Source: Squalus acanthias
Lineage: Eukaryota
DNA: 64,000 bases
NCBI GenBank assembly: GCA_030390025.1
Contig: CM059446.1
Span: 16,306,001 to 16,370,000 of the forward strand
Direction of reading: 5' to 3'
Below the pieces are notes generated by a model. It saw only the letters and a program-made list of their open reading frames with translations, was not told where the DNA came from and ran no database searches. A program made the position numbers and the translations under genes. Shown here piece after piece: positions 13,101 to 25,100 of this stretch. How positions within the stretch are numbered: position 1 is the stretch's first letter; the number at the start of each line of letters is the position of its first letter.

Positions 13101-16100
13101 GTGACATGTGTATTTTATATTTGATACATTTTAGTGTAGTTAGAATTGTACAAACTGACTAAGTGACTGACCTACTGACTAAGTGATGCCCTGAACTGGA
13201 TGCTTGCATATGGAAAACATCAGTTGGAAGCACTGGCCAGAATGAAAGTGACAAATTTTCTAGTTGTCGGTTAATTTCAATAGCTCTGTTGATTTCATGT
13301 TTGATTCAATACTTACTTCCATATGTAGCACCCACTCATCCAAATTCCTCTAAAGAATAATTCATTGGATGACTTGATATGGTTTTTAAAAAGAGGAACA
13401 AATGATAGTGGAAGTGTGGCCTATATTTAGGTAAAGAATTAGTTGTTGCTAAATCTTGTAATTCACAGCAGAGAAACATACCATTCAGCCAATCAAGTCT
13501 GTGCCAATGCTTTCCTCCACGAAAAAGAATAGAATAGAAAAGAAAAATCTTGTATTTATACAGCGCCTTTCATGACCTCAAGATGTCCCAAAGCGCTTTA
13601 CAGCCAATGAAGTACTTTTGAAGTGTAGTCACTGTTGTAAGGTAGGAAATGTGGCAGCCAATGTGCGGACAGCAAACAGCACTGAGATAATAACCGGATA
13701 ATCTGTTTTGGTGATGTTGGTTGAGGGATAAATATTGGCCAGGATACTGGGAAGAACTCCCCCGCTCTTCTTCGAAATAGTGCAATGGGCTCTTTTACGA
13801 CCACCTGAGGGGGCAGACGGGGCCTCGGTTTAACATCTCATCCGAAAGACGGCCCCTCTGGAAGTGCCGCACTCCCTCAGTAGTTCGGAATTTTTCTTCT
13901 GTCCAAAATTGAAAAATTTAAGACAAGGCTCCATTCAGCCGGTTAAAGAATGTTGATAAGTAATATTTTGGGTTAAAACCTCATATTATTTGGGATAATT
14001 TACACTTTAATTTAGGATGGATGCAATAGGCTTTTCAAAAGGAATTTGGTAATTGAAGGGTGAAACTTTGTAACCTCCGTCCTTGATGTATATAGGATAC
14101 TTTAAAATCTCCAAAATGTAAATGGGAGAGAAAGCTGCAGCAGCTGTGTAACCTTTAATATGATGGTATAAAAATATGTACATCTCCATTAGGCAAGAGC
14201 TAGACAGGTAAAGTGCATTTTTCTACCCTGTAATACTGAAGCAGAATTAGAACTAGTGTTACTGCGAGTGAACTAAATATTCGTAATCAACCTCGTTAGA
14301 TCATTTGTTTTTGGCACAAAATGACAAATCATAAAGGCTAAGATTGTAGATGGGTTCTGAGGTTTAAATTCAACCAAGTGCCAGCACTTGTGCCATTTAC
14401 CAAAGATTAGGGAATGTGTAGGGCACGAGTTGTGTTTCAAATGCACAGTAATTGGAATCACGTATTGCATGCAACTAATTTAAGCAGCGTCAGTTTTAAC
14501 CCTTTCATTTTTTACCTTCCTTGTTAAATTTCAAAAGCGTGCACATCGTTTTTACTACAGAATAGCCAGAAAAGCAGACATATGGAACTACAGACCATTT
14601 CCATACCCCACATTCTTTTGAATAGATCAGAACTTGGATACTTTTTGAGAACTGTTGTAGAATTTAAACTACAAAAAGTGTTAACAGAGAGGCAGCACTG
14701 ACTAATTCAGTCAAGGTTTGCCCAGTAGCTGAGCAATAACCATCAGGAAGTCCTAGCTTTGACATTCACTCGGCGCTAACTTAACTGCTGGCTGCCGGCA
14801 GCTGGTTCAGGCACAACAATTTGTCTTCGTGCCTCCAGGTTCAGGAGTGAAAAACGGGCCAGTGCCCCTGCTCCAGAACAGTATTCAGAGACCCCCGACT
14901 TGAAATGAGCTTGTGTGGGCATCGGGGAAGGATAGGACGGGGTTTGGCTATGATGCCTCTTGTGGCCAAATAATCCACAGGCATTCACTGTGAATAGTGA
15001 CCATGTAGATGAGTTACCCGAGTTACATGGGACAAGACTCCAATAAGGAGTCGATAACTTCAAAAGAAATGGGGAGGAGGTGAAAAAATGGGCAAGGGAA
15101 GCAAGGAAGAACGTGGCAAGAGAGAGAGGAGGGAGGAACAAATGGTAACAGTTGTAACTGATGACTGCAAGAGTCACAAAAACAAGCCTAGCCACCCTTT
15201 GAGGTGCAGCATATACACTGATTCATCATCAAACCTATGGGTTCTCCTGGACTAATATCCAAGATTAGATCCAGTCATTGGAATGCTTTTCATTAATAAG
15301 CATCTATCTATATAATTTATAGAATCAGAAAGCTGATTTCTTGACATTTTCACCAGTACTGACCTACCAAGAGGCAACAAATAAACTCATTCCCCATTTT
15401 TCTTTGCTCCAATCGGTTTGTACATCAGGTGAACACACACGAACATTAAACAAATATTTTATGAAAAGTAATTGAAAAGTCTTCCCCCCCAATATGGACT
15501 GAAACTTAAAATAGTCATAACTACACACAATGGTATAGAAATGGGCTTACCTGCATACAGTTGGTAAACATGACACACACTGACATAAGTTTTGAGAAGA
15601 TCTTCAGCAGCACTGTATTGGTCAACATACAGTCCTTCATACAGTTGTCCAGAAAACTGGTATGATAGCTCAAAACCTCATCAATGTTGGATGCCTAACA
15701 AAGTACCAAAGAATGTCATAAATTATGAAAGGTGTTGGTTCACCCAAGAAACTTCACACATGAACTTCAGTTAAATACTGCATGGCTGGATTCTGATTGG
15801 AGATGCGGGGAGGAGTGCTGAATGTCATCCATAATTTAAATTTGCCAAAACATGCTGCTCAGGTTATAAGAAGCTTCACTTAGAGACACTAAACTGAACT
15901 GTTAAACAAAATGTAGGAGCTTATGAAGTTAACAGGCGTGTGCAAAGACTTTCTGTGGGAGGCTCTCCCAATCGGCCGCCGGAGTTTCCATGAACGATTG
16001 GCGGAAACCTCGAACAGACCACGCGAACGGGTTTCTGACTATCTTCTGTCGAAGTTACAGTGGCCAATCGGGAGACCCGCTAACGTTTGTTTCGATAGGC

Positions 16101-19100
16101 CTGAATTCCACCTCTCCCCGCCCCCAAATATACAGCTCAGTTTCTTTCAATGTTAATCATCATTCAGCATGCAAATTCAGTGATGCCCAATATCAATGTC
16201 CACCTTTGGTCTTCTAGTGACCAGTTGATAGAGCTAAATTATCTTCATGCCTAGAACCAGGTAGATAGCAGTTAAATCCATACCTTGCTCCTGATCAAAA
16301 AATTAGCTTCACAGGTCATAGCTAAGACTAATGATTTATCATTTACAACCTATCATGGCAAGCATGATTTTGTTTCAGAGTGGCCTGACCTTTAATCATA
16401 CAGAGGGAGAGAGCAGCAGAAGTCAGGATTGGGAGCCGGATGTGAAAGAGCAATGGACACCATTACAAAATTCAGGCACTGGGAGAGAGAAAGGAACAGT
16501 GTCCATTTGAGAGAGGGTCGCCTCCCCAACCACCTTGATCTGGCAAGCTGCCTGCTTGCCCGGATGAATTGACTGAGCAGCAATGCAAACGGCTGCAATA
16601 TAGTGGAGGCGGAACACAGGGAGGCCAGAGGAGCAGCGGTTCAACCCTGGATCTCGAGGAGTGTAGCTTTCCCAATTTTACCCACAAATTTACCAAGATT
16701 TTAAGCAAAACTTCCAGCGTCAAATCACTGGCCTAATCAGAACTCATCATGTATAAAGAAATAAAAGTTAAGTATTTGAAAGAGAATTAAATCTATAACT
16801 GGTGAATGCATGCGAGATAGCTTCTTGTTTAGTATTAATACGTTCGACACAAGGACAATATTATTGTTTTACCCTCTTCATCTGTTTGTGAGCAGCTGCA
16901 ACTATGCAAAGTAGCATGCCCAAGCAGCAGAAAGCAACTCTCTCACACTGGTTGTACTTGTTTTAGAAACAAAACCATTTCAAAATCAATTTCCAGATGA
17001 GCAGTTGCATCGCAGACTACACTTGATCCTGAATTGATCGAAGCCAGTCTGGACTGGCTGTGATGCAACTGCAAGCTGACTGGAGTTCCAGGAATTCACA
17101 CTGGCTATAGGTATGGCACCTTTCTGGTTGTTGATGCTGCTTTCTGGGCAGTCACATATGCCTAGCAGTTTTTATTTTCAGTGGGGCAAATAAAATTTCA
17201 AAATCCTTTTGTGGCGTGAACAGCACAGAACAGGAACCGTCCTGTACTCTGGGCACCACAAGTCAATTTCCTTCCCTCAGTCTGTCCTGTATAAATCACC
17301 CTCTCTAGGCACAGCATAAGCACAGCTGCCATTTTAAGTCATGCTTTGTGTGAGCGAAAGAAAAGCTGGGTGCGAGTCACCAATTACACTGGGCCAAACT
17401 TGGAGATGCCTGCAGTCACACAATGGGATCCAAGGTTCTAAGCCACGTCCTGGGCAGAAGTCACATTGCTTTAAGTGTGAACCGCACTAATATTTTAAAA
17501 CTGGGGAATGGAGTTTGGCAAACCGAGTGACCCCAACTGTACATACGAAGTATCGTTAACCCAAACTTTTCCATTCTTATCACCGTCCAAAATAACATCC
17601 TGTTTGGGGAGAACTAAAAGAAATAGGGCAATGACAAAGAGTTCTAACGAACATAACAATCAAAAGCATTACTTTCAATGTGAAAACATTCAAGATAAAT
17701 CTCTACTTCAAATACTTCCATTTATAAATATTAACAGAATACACTATAGCCACTATTAACAAAAGCATAAATAACTATGAAATCTTGTCTTTAAACGTTT
17801 TAATAACTACCATAAGACTACATGACAAAAATATGGTTAGCACACATTTTGATTTAATTATCTGTCTCTACAGTAATGTCTTCCACATTTAGGTTATGAT
17901 TCCTTAGTATTTTTTCCATTAATGCCAAAAGGTTTATGTGAGGGTAGCAAGTAGGGAAAAAACAAAACATATTCAGTGTATTCATTAAAGCTAAATGCTT
18001 TTAACAGCAGGTAATTTATATTTGCTTAATGTAATTTAGCTCATGATTATAACTGAAAAGAAATGCTGAGCTAATCTTTTCCATATTGACCAAGTTAAAC
18101 GTTGCACAGCACCAAGTACAGAAACGACAGTCCGGGAGACATTAAACTTAAGTTCTGTAATATTTTGTACATTAGAGCAAAATATTAGGCAAAAGTGAGG
18201 CATCATTAGATTTCTGTAAATTGTTCTCCAGCTAATTTGAAGTTTTTCATTACTTACGGATTTTAGATTGTTTTCCATAACGTGCCAATTCGGCTCCATA
18301 ACCTCAAACATCATGTAGTACTGAATGTTCTGCACAAAATTCAGCATTCGCTGTCTCAAAGTGAAAGCAGCAGCAAACCTAAAGGATAAAGCAACATTGA
18401 TGGTGAACTTGTGGAATCTGAGCTATTAAAACCCTATAAATAAAATCTGCAGGCTAGGGCCAGAAAGGTGACAAGTTAAGAAGATTGTTTCTTTCCATAA
18501 TTTCCTCACGATATAATTTCTTACACGATTTATGTACCAATTTTTGTCTCAAGTTAAAATGGCTTTTTTTCCCCCCATTCTCTTCCTCATAAAAGTTAAG
18601 TCCAGAGTCTAACATCCTTGTAAAAAGAAAGAGTTACCTGAAACTATAACATCCAAGTGGAGTGAACCTTGGCTTAGCAGTAGCATTCCCACTTGAGCCA
18701 GAAGGCTATGGGGTTTGGGTCCCACTCCAGCCAGTCTCGGCGACGAGACCCCTGGTCTCTGAATACTGGGATGACATCCAGCGGGATACTCGCGTCCAAT
18801 GGGAGTGGAGTGGTTGCACCCCCCACCACCATCGTAGCCCCGGCAAGCAGGAGCCCAGAGCTCCGTCATCCAAATACTGGATTAATATCTAGCGTGGCAC
18901 CCCCATCCCCCACTTCGAATCTAACCGGTTCTCCTGGTCTGGAGTTGAGTCAGTCTAATGACCTGTCCATGTAAGAAGGGACTTAGTTATGGGAATGGGT
19001 TGCCTCATGTGCAGTTAGACACGGAAGAGAACAATAAGAATATGACATTCAAGTTAACACTTGTTTTCATTAATATCAATTCAGAATTCATGTCTTCACA

Positions 19101-22100
19101 GAAGCACATGTATTACAGCCCAGCTTTTAAAAGGTTAAAATGCTTTTGAGAAACAGATATTTTGCATATTAGGTTTGAAATATCTATAGCAGTGTTTGAA
19201 TAACTGGGAGTAATTCACATCACGAGTACTTATTTCTGCATTCTGACTAACTTCAATTTAAAAAGGATTGAATAAACATGGTTAGCGTTAAAAAACTGTA
19301 GGCAACAGTATCTCAAAACAAAAAAAGACAGCATGACAGCTTAAATTGAATATTCTTCCAATTATAGGGCTCAAAAGAATTGTCAGACATTTTCTTGGAG
19401 TTTCGCCTGATCTGCCGCCGGAATTATGGCAACTGATCGGGTGAACCAGAGGAAATTTCTAGTGTTTGTGTCTTGTGTGATATGAAGTTTGAGCCACACC
19501 TTACAGTCTGAGCAGATGGCTTTGATGGAGTTCATTAAATATTTTGGGTGGATAAATACCACACGGTTTCTCAATTTACAAAACACATCTGATCAATGGA
19601 ATTTCCATGCAAGAACTACAATTTCTAAAGTTGGTTTCAATCAGCTACAGTACATTTATATTATTCAAAACTGCTATCAATTCACATAATAATGAAGCAA
19701 ATGGTCAAAAAAGCTCACAAATAGCATTTTAATAAGTAGATCTATATCTTGTTCTTTATAATCTTATCCATGCTCTTCTAACTAGCTAAATCTCTCATAT
19801 TATTTTACATCTTCCAAATTATAGATACGCGCATTTTAAAGGACAGTTTTGCCACGATAAAAAGCATTATTGCTCAGAGTACTCACTGATCACGTGAGCC
19901 CGCACTCTAATTTTGTGCATGTTACACAAATCGCAAGTCCACTAGACCTGAAGTAAACTGAAATGATGCTCTACTCACTTAAGCAATATTATTTATTTGT
20001 AAGGTTCTACTGGCAGAAAACTGGCACTGCAGCAAAATCAAAAGGATCTGAACATCTGGACACTGGGTTCTGCACCAGCATGCCCACGGACAGAGGCTCA
20101 CAACTCTTTGGAAATGTGCTGTTCTAGTAGCATTGCTATAATGCAGTAAACGTTGAGCATGCACGGTGCACTTTGTAAATATACTGTACAACATTGTTCC
20201 AAAACATCATACTTACCATTTAGCAGAGTGTAATGAATACTGTTTTGCAACTTTATTACTGATCCACACATTGCACAGCTGCCGTTCCACATGTTTGCAG
20301 TAAAACATATGTCTGAAGAGCATTTGATACCGAGTCAAAGCTTTCCTATTGAGAATAAATAAATGAATAGTGAGCTTACAGAAATACAACTCTAGAATGA
20401 GAAATAAGATCTTTATTGGCAACATTCATTGGAGCAACTACATAAAGCCTCTTTTGCACAGAAGTTTGGAATGATCTATGGCATTGTGTGTTCAAGTATA
20501 TAATTTTACACTGCAGTAGTTTGCAATCCAAACAAAACACACAACTTGACAGAATCAAGTGTTAAAAAACATGTTTAGTCATTTTAGCTTATGCTATCTA
20601 GCATTCTGCCACACTTAGAAAGTCATTTTATGCAAGATTGTGGAAATCCTCTATGGTCTCTTTAGCATTTATTGAGAAAGCAACTGAATTTGATGTTGAA
20701 GTTAAAATTATATACTATTAAAAAGTTAATATTTATAGCTATCTGTATTTAGCATTTTAAAATTACACAAGTGTGGGCTTCCCCATTCTTCCATGTACAA
20801 AATTAATACTCTACCACCCAACAGGAGGAAGAAAGGAAACTTGGATATTCTCCCTTTAAAGAAATTCATTCATACCATTCCAGGGCCATTTTGGCTTCAA
20901 CTCCATTGTATTCAGGAGCCTTGTTCTGAGCCACACCATAGCATTTTTTGTTGAGCACAGGCAGCAGCAGAGCAAATAATGACAAGAAGTCAAAAACGCA
21001 AAAACACGACAAGCAACTACAAGCAGCACGTGTCTTGGCGGCTCAATTGGATTCAAAGAACGAGAGGACTGTCACATACTTATTGCATGCAATGTTACAT
21101 TCTTCCTCATTCATTCATTTGTCCTCCACAAACAAGTGACTTATGCCCAACGTAGAAAACAAAATCTTGGAGGTAGGACACTGACAAACACTGAGGCCAG
21201 CTCAGCACTTGTTAGCCTGAGCAGTCAGATCAAGACCATAATGCTTAATGAAAGCAGGTTCATCATTCCAAGTAGATTTCTTGCAGATAGCAATGAGGGA
21301 AGCTTTCCATATATTCGGCCATGAAGTGACCATACCTCAAGTAGAATAGTTTCTAACTTTCTCTTCGGTTCTTGACCAACAATGAATGACAAAGTTATAA
21401 ATTCTGCCTCCGTAACTGTCACAACACTTCTAAAGTAATTCAATATTTGAAGCACTTTCACAGAATCACAGAATCCCCACAGTGCAGATAGAGGCCATTT
21501 CGGCCCATCGAGCCTGCACCGACACATATCCCACCCTATCCCCGTAACCCTACGTATTTAATCCCCCTAACACAAAGGTTAGGGGCAACACGGTGGCATA
21601 GTGGTTAGCACTGTTGCCTCACAGCGCCAGGGACCCGGGTTCGAATCCAGCCTCGGATGACTGTCTGTGTGGAGTTTGCACATTCTCCCTGTGTCTGCGT
21701 GGGTTTCCTCCGGGTGCTCCGGTTTCCTCCCACAGTCCAAAGATGTGCGGGTTAGGTTGATTTGGCTATGATAAAATTGACCCTTAGTGTTAGAGGGATT
21801 AAATACGTGGGGTTACGGGGATAGGGTGGGATATGTGTCGGTGCAGGCTCGATGGGCCGAAATGGCCTCTATCTGCATTGTGGGGATTCTGTGGGTCAAT
21901 TTATCATAGCCAAATCAACCTAACCCGCACATCTTTGGACTGTGGGAGGAAACCGGAGCACCCGGAGGAAACCCACGCAGACACGGGGAGAATGTGCAAA
22001 CTCCACACAGACAGTCTTTGAGAAGCTTGAGACACATGAAAAGGTGCTTTACAAGTGTTTCTTTTTTCAATCCAAATTCCCAATCGCTGCTTTGTGATAG

Positions 22101-25100
22101 AATTTACTTAAGGATTTTGCTACAAGCAAAATGAAAGACTTCCTAGACGGTTGCTGTGCTTACTTTTAATTCAGTATAAAGGGTTAGTGAACTATGTGCA
22201 TTGGTGCAGATCCACTTCATCTTATTAGATATTAAATTAAAGCAGTCAAGACAAGAAATTTAAAATCCTACAAAAACAAATCTGTGAAATGCATTGAACA
22301 TAAGCTGATTTAATAAGAGATTCAAATCCCAGGTAGGCATTTACTGCCAAGCTTCCCAGGTACCTTTAATGACCCTGAATTCCATTGAGTATCTGCCAAT
22401 TGAATTTCCTGCCAGACAGATGATTGCTGGCATATGAATTCTCAGTGAGCCGGGTGACAGATCCTGCCTGTAAATCAGTCAGAAAGCTGAAATGTCATAG
22501 CATAATGGGTTGTGGTCAAAAAATCTTGGCAACAGTCCGTGAATCTTTTCCACTGATGTCATGTTTTTTTTTAAAAAAGATTATTAAGATGCCAATAAAA
22601 TATCTAAATACCACTGCAATGAGAACTTTCTGACTAGCTTCAATGCCACTTCATGATCAATATGACAAAGTTAGGAATTTCTAAAGTATCCTTAAGATCT
22701 GTGCTAACCCAAATCTAAAATGATTTATACTTCCTTTAAAACAACTAAAATGACTGCTCAGAGGTGCTTCATCTAACTTTCCAGCCACATAATTCCTTTA
22801 TTTAAATGTGGATTGGGTTGTGCATCTCAATTTATTATGGTGGCCATGGTTTTTGGAAGCGGGTTTGACAATATTGCGGTTACAGACACCTAAATGTTAA
22901 ATCAGCTAACTTTCCAGACAACGTGTGCTTACCTTCCCATTAGTGCTGGAGTCATGATATTGTGGTTAAATTTAGAAAAAGAATCTACAATGTTGTCGTC
23001 TATCAAAATAGTATTATTTTTGTCACAATCGATTGACAGCCCTATATAAATCAAAAGCATTCATCATGTTTTAAAACAAGTGGATCTTTCTATATTCTTT
23101 AGTACTTTTGGGTTTCTGAAAGTTGCTCAGCTGAAGAGCTGCCGGAGAATTCTGCTCACATGATTAAGTCCCACATTCTACCTGAAGCAAGGATCTATTA
23201 TCCCAAGGGATTATAAGAGCAACTGATTCTTTAAGTGGATATTCTATTGTATGTATTGTCGATTATTTCTTGTGCTGTATAGTGTATGTCTAATATCTTG
23301 CTGTTGTAAATTATTTAAATTAAACAAATTTGATTAGTCATTTTAGTCTATAAATCTAGTTCAGCAAATGATATTTTCCAGCATTAAATCGACGATGGAC
23401 ATATTAGAAATCCGATTTAAAATTCCAGTGTGCGGTTTACTGTAATCAGGACTAATCGTTTGAGACAGGATGCATTATCTCTACAAGGAAGAGGGCAAAA
23501 GATACAGATTCCAGAATGTAAGCATGTGGATCAATTATGGAATCTAAAATCGGGTTGCATGAATGTGAAAATGGTGTTCGAAAACTCTGCACAATCAGGC
23601 AACACAAGACATAACTGAAGAAGGGATTGGCAATATTGTGCTTAATCTTTCTCAAACATTAGAATTCTTCACTATTGTATGCCCCTATATTTAGCAGCCC
23701 ATTTAAGAATTGACAGTACTGAGCCAAACATGGCAATTTCAAGTGACATCCAGCTTTGGGTCTCGAACTGGAAACTTTCTATTGGTAAACTCTCTAAGTT
23801 ATTCAAGCAACATTAGATTAAACATTAAGCTTAAAGCAATTCCGGCAACATTGACAATAATAGCCTTAACTGTTTTGATCAGCCTCAGATTAATCTTTTT
23901 AATCAGCAATACTAGATTTTCTTTTGCACTTTCATTTCCTCAGCAGTGTAAAAAAAATGAAAGAAATTGCATCTGCAGAGTCCCTCATCAGATCTTCAAG
24001 ATGTACCAAAGCACTTTACAACCAGTGGATTACCTTTGAGCTGCAATCAGTTGTTGTGGTTAAATGCAGCAGCCAATTTGTGCACAGCAACATCCCACAA
24101 ACAGCAAATAAATAGCTGACCAATGAATTTCATCTTTGTTAGTGTTGGCTGAGGGAGAAATGTTGGATAGAATACCAGAAGAATTCCCTTCTCTCCCTTG
24201 AACAGTGCCATGGGATCTTTTATGTCCACTTGAGTAGGCAGATAGAGCCTCTGTTGGATGAAAGGTGGCACCTCCAACAATGCAGCACTTCCTCAGTACG
24301 GCACTGAATTGTCAGTCTAGATTTTGTGCACAAGTCTGCAGTGAGTCTTGAACCTACAACCCTGAACGCAAGGCAAAAGCACTACCAACTGTGCCAAACT
24401 GACATTAAGACAGCTCAAATAACAACAGAAAATGCTGGAAACACTCAGCAGGTCAGGCAGCATCGAGGAGAGAGAAACAGAGTTAACGTTTCGGGTCGAG
24501 GACCCTGACTAAGATAGCTCAACTCAGTTGGGAAGCAGCATTTCTTTTGTAAAGCTGCAGTGACATTCCAGAAATTAAATTATAGTCTAAGGAAGCACTT
24601 AGGTTTCCATCATCACCAGAAATCCACACTTCTTCTATCAGGCACTATTTGTGTCCCAACCAACTAAAATAAGCTAAACTAGCAGACTTTGCTGATAGTC
24701 TTGCATGCTGCATTGTAGCTAAAGATGATCAATTACCTATTTATAATCAACGAAAGTGGCCATTTCACAACATAATCAAAGGAGAAAGCTTCCAGGCCAC
24801 TAAGAGCAATCTCTGTTGGATCTGCATTGATGATGGCCTTTTCCTGTTTGGTTTCAATAGCCAGAACCCGCAGGAGCTGAGTGATGAGGTCATGTGGCAT
24901 AAGATTAATCTGCAGAAGAATAAAATCATTATTTAGTTTCATTTACCAGATCCAAAGTGGCATCATTAACTCAAAGAATTGGCAGAGGGAGTCATTTAGG
25001 ATTTCGGTTAATGGAAACGTTTAGTAATATAGTTTTAGAATGTTGAAACAGGTTGAATAGATTTAAGACTACTGAATGATTACATTCTTTGGAAAGGTAC

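Noticed and set aside
15140-15235. Intronic C/D snoRNA (minus-strand ATGATGA)
   Set aside because: No D box at a suitable distance and no terminal stem.
19820-19960. E-box (TCACGTGA) segment as enhancer or ncRNA
   Set aside because: Single motif, no supporting structure; needs conservation data.
21582-21660. tRNA gene
   Set aside because: A/B boxes continue into a SINE body; no full cloverleaf or T-run terminator. Same for heads at 38812 and 43808.
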